Source: a virus
Lineage: Duplodnaviria; Caudoviricetes
Virus record (IMG/VR): IMGVR_UViG_3300032327_000460
Location: 1 to 64,000 of that record
Direction: 5' to 3' (one strand)
DNA: 64,000 nt
Position numbers and translations under genes: made by a program. Below are positions 7,453 to 14,949 of this stretch, one piece after another (within the stretch, counting starts at the first letter, position 1; each line of letters opens with the position of its first letter). The notes under the pieces were generated by a model. It was not told where the DNA came from and did not search any database. It saw nothing but the letters and a program-made list of their open reading frames with translations.

Positions 7453-7715
7453 GAGTTAAAGTTTTTAAACGTACTACTGATGACTGGTGCGGTTCCTACC
7501 ATCTAGAACGTCAAGACTGTATGCTTGTAGAAGTCATTTTCAATGGCAACATCGGCAACGGCATGTGGCGTACCTGCGTGTGGGGCAATGATGACTGTGG
7601 CATGGAGTTTGACTGTGCCACAGAAACAGAATGCTGGAACAAGTTTCTACAGGTAATTGGCATGGATTTTGTTGATATGGTAGCCCTGCGTGATCTAGGC
7701 TTTGTGTCAGCATAA
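7449..7715 (+). CDS. Hypothetical protein
   Basis: ATGA-coupled ORF. Confidence 0.7.
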   Translation: MRVKVFKRTTDDWCGSYHLERQDCMLVEVIFNGNIGNGMWRTCVWGNDDCGMEFDCATETECWNKFLQVIGMDFVDMVALRDLGFVSA

Positions 7716-7726
7716 GGAGTTGAAGA

Positions 7727-7951
7727 ATGAACGAACGAATTGATAACTTAATTGCTGAATGTACATCAATCTATACTGATTATAACTTTGAGCATGGCTC
7801 TTCTACTGTCGAATATTTTGACAAGGAAAAGTTCGCCGAGTTGATTGTACAGGAATGTGTAAATATTTCACTAAAGAGTAGTCATCGTTATGATGACATG
7901 GGTGCCCTCATTGCTGGCGATATTAAAGAACATTTCGGAGTTGAAGAATGA
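7727..7951 (+). CDS. MNERI-family small phage protein (paralog 2)
   Basis: same termini as 7231..7452. Confidence 0.75.
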   Translation: MNERIDNLIAECTSIYTDYNFEHGSSTVEYFDKEKFAELIVQECVNISLKSSHRYDDMGALIAGDIKEHFGVEE

Positions 7952-8103
7952 CTAAATTTGAATATTCAAAAGATGGATTATGGTATACCAAAAGTCACAA
8001 AGGTGAACAGGTAAATCACTTGTTCAGGTTTGGCACTACGGTGTATGAAGGTATGAAGATTTATGAAATTATTGTTGGTAAGTTTAGATTAGCTTGGAGT
8101 TGA
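7948..8103 (+). CDS. Small hypothetical protein (51 aa)
   Basis: ORF read by hand, ATGA overlap. Confidence 0.6.
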   Translation: MTKFEYSKDGLWYTKSHKGEQVNHLFRFGTTVYEGMKIYEIIVGKFRLAWS

Positions 8104-8106
8104 AGA

Positions 8107-8289
8107 ATGAATCTATTTAAACGAGGTGTAGAAATGCTACGCCAACCTGATCGTAATCCCAGATGCTACGAATTAACCGAAGCCGAACGATTGCAAAAAG
8201 TAAAAGAATGGAGTGCCCGTAATGTTTGGAATACTCCTGAACTGGCCAAACAAGACCATCCTGACAATAAAACGTATTACAGAACATAA
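8107..8289 (+). CDS. Hypothetical protein
   Basis: SD GGAG upstream. Confidence 0.65.
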   Translation: MNLFKRGVEMLRQPDRNPRCYELTEAERLQKVKEWSARNVWNTPELAKQDHPDNKTYYRT

Positions 8290-8530
8290 ATTATGATTGA
8301 AGTCATAACCATTGTACTGGGCTTTTTTATTTTGCTATTGATTGGAGAAACACTGTGATTGAATTATTGGCCCTTGTGTGCCTGGTTGGACCCACAGTGG
8401 TTGTTCACTATTTGGGCAAGTACTAAGTAATATTTAGGAGTTGAACTATGACTATGTTTTGGTTGCAATTTATTGCAATGTGGGTATTAGTTGTAATGGG
8501 TCTAGTAATTATTGTCAAGGATTGATTCCA

Positions 8531-8758
8531 ATGAAATTAAATGATATCCTACAATGGATTGGTGCAGTATTCATCATCATTGGTCACATTTGTAATTCAA
8601 TTGGACCTGATGCGTACCCCTACAATATTGTAGCATTCACCTTAGGCACGATTGCATTTATGACATGGACCATTCGCGTGAAGAATCGCCCTCAATTGGT
8701 AGTGAACCTTGTGGCAATTGTAACATGTTTTATAGGTCTTGTTAAGGCTTATATGTAA
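8531..8758 (+). CDS. Small membrane protein
   Basis: three hydrophobic segments; start revised to ATG 8531. Confidence 0.65.
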   Translation: MKLNDILQWIGAVFIIIGHICNSIGPDAYPYNIVAFTLGTIAFMTWTIRVKNRPQLVVNLVAIVTCFIGLVKAYM

Positions 8759-8825
8759 AATTGTTAAAGGCAACCATGTACATATCCTTATAGTGGAATA
8801 TTTCTAATAACTCATAAATAAGGTT

Positions 8826-9056
8826 ATGCGTTATTGGAAAAATCATTGGTTGACATTTAATAAAATTCTTGCTATACTTATAGCAATAGTTTATTTTGGT
8901 TGGATGTTTCAGGAAGACCCTGAAATTGAAGAACCAATTATTACTGTTAGTTACAAATGTGAAATAGTACTACGAAATCCAAATAACATACCTGACCATG
9001 TTAAACAACAATGTATTAAACTTCTAAAAGATAATTATGAAACTGAATCAGATTAA
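8826..9056 (+). CDS. Membrane-anchored hypothetical protein
   Basis: N-terminal TM; TAAATA 5 nt before ATG. Confidence 0.6.
   Translation: MRYWKNHWLTFNKILAILIAIVYFGWMFQEDPEIEEPIITVSYKCEIVLRNPNNIPDHVKQQCIKLLKDNYETESD
8850..8878 (+). promoter_or_regulatory. sigma70 promoter inside ORF 8826
   Basis: TTGACA-17-TATACT. Confidence 0.65.
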
Positions 9057-9561
9057 TGAAGCACTCAATCATCAAATCACTGGTGGCTCTGACTATCATT
9101 GGAACTGCTTTCCAGATGCACGATTCCTAGACTACGAAAGTGAATACGCCCACGTTTCAATATTGTATAGTACAGTAGACCAAACTGTATACCAAGCAGA
9201 CGCATCAATTAAACGTGATGTATGGCCTAATGATACTAGATATGACAAACCATATCGTTGGACAAATCCTACATTCAAAGATGCATATATTAATGAATCA
9301 AAAGAACGCAATGTAGATCCCAATCAGGCATGGGATGATGTAAAGTATATTGAGTTGGAGACAGACGAAGACTTCCTAGAGAAGGCAAAATCAATGTTTG
9401 CCGGCAATTATTGGGATACTCGCATTCAAGTACCATTAGACCTTGATGATACTATGATGTTACATCTTGCAATGGAAGCACACAAACGTGATATTACATT
9501 GAACAAAATGGTAGAAATTGTATTGCAAGAAGCAATCAATAAACATAAGGAAACAGTTTGA
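9037..9561 (+). CDS. Phage protein with C-terminal ribbon-helix-helix-like motif
   Basis: LAMEAHKRDITLNKMVEIVL. Confidence 0.65.
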   Translation: MKLNQINEALNHQITGGSDYHWNCFPDARFLDYESEYAHVSILYSTVDQTVYQADASIKRDVWPNDTRYDKPYRWTNPTFKDAYINESKERNVDPNQAWDDVKYIELETDEDFLEKAKSMFAGNYWDTRIQVPLDLDDTMMLHLAMEAHKRDITLNKMVEIVLQEAINKHKETV

Positions 9562-9842
9562 ACGAATTAGTTTTTAACATCGTAGCATGGATCAAAGAGG
9601 ATTGGCGTAGTAATCCTCTTCGCTGTTTCTTAGAAATACTAGCATGGTTCTTAAGTATAGGTTGTGCGTTTACAATGATGCTCACAGTACCGACTCCCCC
9701 TTTCTTAATTCTCTACCCACTGTTCATTTTGCAATGTGCAATTTTTGCATGGGCAGCTTGGACACGTAAGAGTTTAGGAATGTTAGCAAATTATATGTTG
9801 TTAGTAACGATTGACAGCATAGCACTTTTTAGGATGATATAA
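9558..9842 (+). CDS. Small polytopic membrane protein
   Basis: three TM segments. Confidence 0.7.
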   Translation: MNELVFNIVAWIKEDWRSNPLRCFLEILAWFLSIGCAFTMMLTVPTPPFLILYPLFILQCAIFAWAAWTRKSLGMLANYMLLVTIDSIALFRMI

Positions 9843-10162
9843 TGGCAACAACAATTAAAATGACAAATACCAAAACCGGTATCACTAAAGATGGATACAT
9901 AGGTTTCAGTTTCAGTTACTTTTTTCTAGGTATATTTAATATGGGCTGGCTAGTTCCTCTATATCGAGGGGAACTATTAGTTACGCTAGTTTGTTTAATT
10001 ATCCATGTATTAACATTGCCCTTTTGGATCATCACTGCTGTAGTGTTCGGTTTATTCTTCAATAAATATTATACCCTTAAATTAATCGAAGAAGGTTATA
10101 CTTTCAGTGACAGTGATACTGAACTAGTAGAACGGGCTAAAACTATTTTAGGAATTAAATAA
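9842..10162 (+). CDS. Membrane protein
   Basis: hydrophobic core FSFSYFFLGIF..LVCLII. Confidence 0.7.
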   Translation: MATTIKMTNTKTGITKDGYIGFSFSYFFLGIFNMGWLVPLYRGELLVTLVCLIIHVLTLPFWIITAVVFGLFFNKYYTLKLIEEGYTFSDSDTELVERAKTILGIK

Positions 10163-10453
10163 ATGGAAATCACATCTGACTGGACAGAAAAAGATTGGGA
10201 TATTTTTACCCGGTGGCTTAAAGGCATGTTGCAAGCAAGTGAAGGTGTAGTTACCTTTACTAAAAGTGATGGAACTGAACGGGTGATGAAATGCACATTA
10301 GTACCTGAACAACTTCCCAAAGTTGAAATTAAAGAAGATATAAAACCTCGCAAAGAATCAACTACATCAATGCGTGTGTTTGATTTAGAAAAGAATGAAT
10401 GGCGTAGCTTCACCATTAAAAAAGTTAAACAAGTTAATTTCACTATAGAATGA
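10163..10453 (+). CDS. WYL-like SH3-fold phage protein
   Basis: VTFTKSDGTERVMKCTL..VFDLEKNEWRSF. Confidence 0.7.
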   Translation: MEITSDWTEKDWDIFTRWLKGMLQASEGVVTFTKSDGTERVMKCTLVPEQLPKVEIKEDIKPRKESTTSMRVFDLEKNEWRSFTIKKVKQVNFTIE

Positions 10454-11778
10454 ACGATTTTGAACAAGGCAACATTCACTACATGGCCAAAGAATATTAT
10501 GAGGCCACTAAATGTTACAAAAGATTTTTAAAACAAGATCCAGATAATTATATAGCATGGCATAATCTTGCTCTAGCATTGTCACAACTGGGAAATGACA
10601 TAGAAGCATTAAAATGTTTGGAAATTCCCTGCAGTAAAAACTATGTAGAAAGTTGGTTAAGTAAAGGTGCTGCCTTGCGTAGCCTCGGGCAATATCGAGA
10701 AGCATTAATTACATTTGCACATACCTTTGCATTAGACCCCAAACATTCCACTGCATATAGTAACTATGGTAATACATTGCGTGAGTTTGGATTACCTGAA
10801 TTAGCCATTCCTTTTTTAAAGATAGCACAAGATTTAAAACCCAACGATGTTAACTATGAATTAAATGAAAGTGTTTGTCATTTAATGAAGGGCGATTTAG
10901 TTGAAGGGTGGAAAAAATACGATGCAAGGTGGTTTTATCAAAGTGATACTAGTTTAAAACCTCAATTGCCCGGGCCAGAATATGATGGTTCTCAAGATAT
11001 TGTAGGTAAGATGGTTCTTGTATATTATGAACAAGGGTTCGGGGATAATATTCAATTTATTCGTTTTGCTAAATTATTACAAGATAAAGGTGCAATTGTA
11101 ACAGTCATAACAAAATCACAATTATACGAATTATTCAAATATAACTTTCCCGAGTTAACTATATTGAATGCCGATGTACAGATTCCTTCATATCATTATC
11201 ATGTTGCATTAATGGATTTACCTAAGTGTTTTAATACAACTATTAATACTATTCCATATACTACACCTTACTTAGATGTAAGTGAGGGGGTTAAACAATC
11301 ATGGAAACAGTTATTAGGACCTAAAACAAAAAAACGTATTGGTTTACTATCCAGTCCAAATAAAATTGCATTTATTTCTAGGTTTCGTAGAATTGAATTA
11401 GAACAATTATTGTCCATTGTCAATGATGATTATGAGTTTATCAGCCTATCATATGAAGTAGATGAGCAGATATTAGAAACATTAGAAAAATACAATGTTA
11501 AAACATTACATGAAAATCTTACTGGATTTTACAATACAGCAGGACTGATTAGTCAACTAGATTTGGTTATATCTATCGATACCGTTATACCTCACTTAAG
11601 CGGGGCAATGGGAATACCTACTTGGGTAATGTTAACTGATTATGGTTGTGATTGGCGATGGTTTATGAATCGCAACGATAGTCCATTTTATGATTGTGTG
11701 AGATTATTCCGTCAGACCAATGGGTCATGGGATAGTGTACTTGAGTCCATAACGTCCGAACTAAAAAAATTAAATTGA
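10450..11778 (+). CDS. TPR-repeat glycosyltransferase (GT9-like)
   Basis: N-terminal TPRs, EQGFGDNIQFIRF, DLVISIDT..HLSGAMG.PTWVML. Confidence 0.85.
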   Translation: MNDFEQGNIHYMAKEYYEATKCYKRFLKQDPDNYIAWHNLALALSQLGNDIEALKCLEIPCSKNYVESWLSKGAALRSLGQYREALITFAHTFALDPKHSTAYSNYGNTLREFGLPELAIPFLKIAQDLKPNDVNYELNESVCHLMKGDLVEGWKKYDARWFYQSDTSLKPQLPGPEYDGSQDIVGKMVLVYYEQGFGDNIQFIRFAKLLQDKGAIVTVITKSQLYELFKYNFPELTILNADVQIPSYHYHVALMDLPKCFNTTINTIPYTTPYLDVSEGVKQSWKQLLGPKTKKRIGLLSSPNKIAFISRFRRIELEQLLSIVNDDYEFISLSYEVDEQILETLEKYNVKTLHENLTGFYNTAGLISQLDLVISIDTVIPHLSGAMGIPTWVMLTDYGCDWRWFMNRNDSPFYDCVRLFRQTNGSWDSVLESITSELKKLN

Positions 11779-11803
11779 CAATAAATACCCCATGTGATAT
11801 AAT
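11775..11803 (+). promoter_or_regulatory. Early sigma70 promoter
   Basis: TTGACA-17-TATAAT; TGA of the -35 box is the upstream stop codon. Confidence 0.88.
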
Positions 11804-11810
11804 ATGGGTT

Positions 11811-11975
11811 ATGAAACGAGAAATACTATCCTTCAAAATTGAACAGCCCAAACATAGGGCTCACCGTGTGTTGTTTGACGAAAACACACCATTCAAACCT
11901 AAGGTTGTTAAGTCCAAAACAGGCTACCAACGTAAGCCTAAACATCCAAAATTTGACAATAATTCGGATATCTGA
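11811..11975 (+). CDS. ArfA-like (alternative ribosome rescue factor A) basic protein, 54 aa
   Basis: LF..TPFKPKVVKSKTGYQRKPKH resembles ArfA LF.+.V.K.KKGKGSY.RK.KH. Confidence 0.5.
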   Translation: MKREILSFKIEQPKHRAHRVLFDENTPFKPKVVKSKTGYQRKPKHPKFDNNSDI

Positions 11976-11981
11976 TACAAT
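11953..11981 (+). promoter_or_regulatory. Early sigma70 promoter
   Basis: TTGACA-17-TACAAT. Confidence 0.75.
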
Positions 11982-12010
11982 ATATGTATTGAAACGATAA
12001 AGAATTGGAT

Positions 12011-12157
12011 ATGAAGTACACTCTGATTACAAGTAACGGTAAAGTATTCACTTTCTTTCTCAAAATTGTCGCCGAACAGTTCCAGCAGGCATACGGCGGC
12101 AATATCATCACTGCTGAAACTCTTACAAAGGAAATAAAAAATGAAACTTTCGCTTAA
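12011..12157 (+). CDS. Small hypothetical protein (48 aa)
   Basis: ORF read by hand. Confidence 0.6.
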   Translation: MKYTLITSNGKVFTFFLKIVAEQFQQAYGGNIITAETLTKEIKNETFA

Positions 12158-12371
12158 ACAAATTGCCCTGATCCAAACTCTCAAACTGTTTGCCATTGCC
12201 CTGTCGATAGGGGTTCTTACTAATTTGGCCTTTGCCTACCTCACAGTTTCCCAAATTGGCATTGGTTTCTGCACTGTTTTGTTGGCATTCTTGGTCAAGA
12301 CGATCTATGATATCGAACTGTGCAAGGCAAAAGACCGAGAAGCACTGAAAGAACTGAACAAAAATATTTGA
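12141..12371 (+). CDS. Small membrane protein
   Basis: SD AAGGA; two TM segments. Confidence 0.7.
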   Translation: MKLSLKQIALIQTLKLFAIALSIGVLTNLAFAYLTVSQIGIGFCTVLLAFLVKTIYDIELCKAKDREALKELNKNI

Positions 12372-12396
12372 CAATAAATCGTTTTGGGTATATAAT
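12368..12396 (+). promoter_or_regulatory. Early sigma70 promoter
   Basis: TTGACAATAAATCGTTTTGGGTATATAAT. Confidence 0.9.
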
Positions 12397-12429
12397 AGAA
12401 TCTTAAACAGTCAAACAACAGGAGTTAAA

Positions 12430-12714
12430 ATGACTTTGCAAGAAATCAATCGTTCTATCATTGCGGGAACCTTTACCAACGAAGACCTGAATTCTATCGG
12501 GGACGCTATCAAGTTTGCCCGTGCCCAACTTGCTCAGAAGGCCAAGTTCACCTTGCGTACAGGTTCACAAGTGAAATTCACTAATTCACGATCTGGTCAG
12601 ATTGTACTCGGTACGGTTGAAAAAGTCAATCGTAAATTTATCATCGTCCGTGAAAACGGCAAAGCATTTGGATGCAACTGGCGAGTTCCTGCTAGTATGT
12701 TGACAGTACTTTAA
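12430..12714 (+). CDS. Early protein with SH3/KOW-like C-terminus
   Basis: SD AGGAG; G.QVKFT..G.VEKVNRKFIIV. Confidence 0.75.
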   Translation: MTLQEINRSIIAGTFTNEDLNSIGDAIKFARAQLAQKAKFTLRTGSQVKFTNSRSGQIVLGTVEKVNRKFIIVRENGKAFGCNWRVPASMLTVL

Positions 12715-12727
12715 GGAGTAATTCAAA

Positions 12728-12901
12728 ATGACTAAAGTAGCAGAATTGTATATGGAAATCGAACACATGTTGGAGCAAGGTACACATCCATCAACTATCT
12801 CCGCGGTGCTTGACATTCCGGTCTTCTTTGTCTATGATGTAGTAGAAAGTATTCAATTTGATACTGAGGAATTGAGTCCTTTTAGGACAATTAATTCCTA
12901 A
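12728..12901 (+). CDS. Small acidic hypothetical protein (57 aa)
   Basis: SD AAGGAG; ORF read by hand. Confidence 0.7.
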   Translation: MTKVAELYMEIEHMLEQGTHPSTISAVLDIPVFFVYDVVESIQFDTEELSPFRTINS

Positions 12902-12906
12902 AAAGG

Positions 12907-12935
12907 TTGACAATAAATCACTTTGGGTATATAAT
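12907..12935 (+). promoter_or_regulatory. Early sigma70 promoter
   Basis: TTGACAATAAATCACTTTGGGTATATAAT. Confidence 0.9.
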
Positions 12936-12968
12936 AGAATCTTAGACAGTTAAATAAAGGACTCAAAA

Positions 12969-13385
12969 ATGGCTTACATGAATCAAGAACGCAAACAAAA
13001 AATCGCTCAAACACTCAAGCCAATTTTGGCTAAGTACAAAGTCAAGGGTTCACTGAGAGTGCGTAGTCACATGACCATTGTGTTGACCCTCAAATCGGGC
13101 GCAATTGATTTTATTGGCAACAGCAACCGTGTTTGCGGTAATGATTTTTATCAAGTATCCCGCGGTTTCAAGCCCAACACTAATGGCTACGATCAGGTAA
13201 ACCCCTATCACTTCCAAAGTCACTATGATGGTGTTGCTAAGGAATTCTTGACCGAAGCATTGAAAGCATTGAAGTCGGCCGACTGGTATGACGAATCCGA
13301 TGCAATGACAGATTATTTTAACACCGCATATTATGTTGATGTTAACATTGGTAACTGGGACAAACCCTACATTTTGGAGGCATGA
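12969..13385 (+). CDS. Early hypothetical protein
   Basis: SD AAGGA. Confidence 0.8.
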   Translation: MAYMNQERKQKIAQTLKPILAKYKVKGSLRVRSHMTIVLTLKSGAIDFIGNSNRVCGNDFYQVSRGFKPNTNGYDQVNPYHFQSHYDGVAKEFLTEALKALKSADWYDESDAMTDYFNTAYYVDVNIGNWDKPYILEA

Positions 13386-13491
13386 TGCTAGAACGAATCA
13401 AAAATGTTTTTTATAATATCATGTATTGGCTAGAACCCTTTTTCTGGCTAGTATTGGCAATGATTGGTGTAACAATGTTATGGGTGAATAA

Positions 13492-13647
13492 ATGAATCAA
13501 TATTGGATCCTCGTAAAATATAAAGACGAACCTGGAGCAGGTTTCGGTCGTGTAGTAATTAATGCTGATAATCCTTACCAAGCTATTCAAATGGCAAAGG
13601 CTCAGTATGGACGATTGTTGATTAGTGAATCAGCAAACGCCGTTTAA
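13492..13647 (+). CDS. Small hypothetical protein (51 aa)
   Basis: ORF read by hand. Confidence 0.6.
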   Translation: MNQYWILVKYKDEPGAGFGRVVINADNPYQAIQMAKAQYGRLLISESANAV

Positions 13648-13665
13648 TAATGGGTAACACAATGG

Positions 13666-13694
13666 TTGACAATAATGTCCGATTGTGTTATCAT
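13666..13694 (+). promoter_or_regulatory. sigma70 promoter
   Basis: TTGACA-17-TATCAT. Confidence 0.75.
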
Positions 13695-13758
13695 TATGTC
13701 AGTGCTGAATGATATCGGCACATTTTTTAAACTTAGCTTTTATTTAAAGGAAATTCAA

Positions 13759-14151
13759 ATGGCTAATTCTAATCAACTTTTCAAAGTCGCAGGTATCACT
13801 ACTAACAAAGGTGAGGCAAAGGCTCGTTTCGCAAACGATATGATCCGTCGTATCAAACAATTCACTAAAGGTGGTCACGAACGTGTTGACTTCATTGAAT
13901 TGCCTAGCGAGATGACAAAGATCGAGGCACTCAAATATTTGCAAGCACATGCAGACTTCCAATCTGCCGCAGATCAAGCAACTATTGCTGATACTCTTGC
14001 TGACAAAACTAAAGAGGCTAGCAAAGGTGAAGTTAAAGTCAAGTCTTCTAAGACAAAACCAAGCATCGATGCTATCAAAGCCCGTAGCAAAAAATCTAAA
14101 GAAGTGTCCGTTGCTGAGATTTTGGCAGCAGTAGAAGACGCTCCACTGTAA
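13759..14151 (+). CDS. Lys/Ala-rich hypothetical protein
   Basis: start revised to ATG 13759 with SD AAGGA. Confidence 0.8.
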   Translation: MANSNQLFKVAGITTNKGEAKARFANDMIRRIKQFTKGGHERVDFIELPSEMTKIEALKYLQAHADFQSAADQATIADTLADKTKEASKGEVKVKSSKTKPSIDAIKARSKKSKEVSVAEILAAVEDAPL

Positions 14152-14178
14152 TTAACGGGGCTACGGCCCCTTCAACAT

Positions 14179-14391
14179 ATGAATTTTAACCTAGCTACAT
14201 TCCGTCGTTCGTTCAATCCTCGTAGAGAATTTAATCCAGCAAACAAAGAAGATTTGATGGAATTTAAATTCTTTAAACAGAACGGTAAATGGAAATCAGG
14301 ATGCCCATTCTATCTTGAGGATCCGTTTGTTGAGATTCCGGCAATGTGTGAAAGTAAGTTTACTATTCACATGCTAGAAAAGATCAAATAA
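14179..14391 (+). CDS. Hypothetical protein
   Basis: ORF. Confidence 0.7.
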   Translation: MNFNLATFRRSFNPRREFNPANKEDLMEFKFFKQNGKWKSGCPFYLEDPFVEIPAMCESKFTIHMLEKIK

Positions 14392-14417
14392 AAAAGCCCC
14401 TTAAGTGGGGCTTTTTT
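14391..14417. terminator. Bidirectional terminator between early and tail blocks
   Basis: AAAAAGCCCC-TTAAGT-GGGGCTTTTTT. Confidence 0.9.
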
Positions 14418-14458
14418 GTGGATAGTAAACTGATTATTAGTTCTTGCTCTTATAACAA

Positions 14459-14929
14459 TTAAATTACTGTATATCCCCAGTTGACCACTTGACTTGATCC
14501 GCTGTTGTTTGTAATACCAAATGTAAATACATTGGAGTTAGAAATAGCAGGAGCAGTATTGATTATTGATCCAGCCGTACCAATAATCTGACTTGGTATT
14601 GAATCAATTACCAAAGCATTTCCAGCTAAATAATACCAAGCAAACTGTTGTCCGATTACAGGAACATTAGTGTTTGTAACAGTGACAGTGGCATTCCACA
14701 CGCAAATTCCATCCGTAATATTACCAAGCACCCACATTGAATAAGTATATCCACCGTTAACTGTAATATTAACTGTGTTGGGACCGGGTGCAAGTATCCA
14801 ACTACCTCTTACATTGGTAGAAACATTGGATAATGTATCGCCGTTACCAAAAAAGTTAGCGGCACTGATATTTCCGGTGGTTGAAGTAAACCCACCCTGA
14901 GATGAGATTGGTAGTAAATTTGCTGACAT
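14459..14929 (-). CDS. Short tail/fibre-associated protein
   Basis: N-terminus paralogous to 21876..25238. Confidence 0.6.
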   Translation of the reverse strand: MSANLLPISSQGGFTSTTGNISAANFFGNGDTLSNVSTNVRGSWILAPGPNTVNITVNGGYTYSMWVLGNITDGICVWNATVTVTNTNVPVIGQQFAWYYLAGNALVIDSIPSQIIGTAGSIINTAPAISNSNVFTFGITNNSGSSQVVNWGYTVI

Positions 14930-14949
14930 TTATTATTTCCTTATTCGTA

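Noticed and set aside
11775-11810. ORF-track starts at TTG here (also 13666 and 46386) and at the upstream ATG 6642
   Set aside because: These extensions run through promoter sequence; downstream ATGs were used instead
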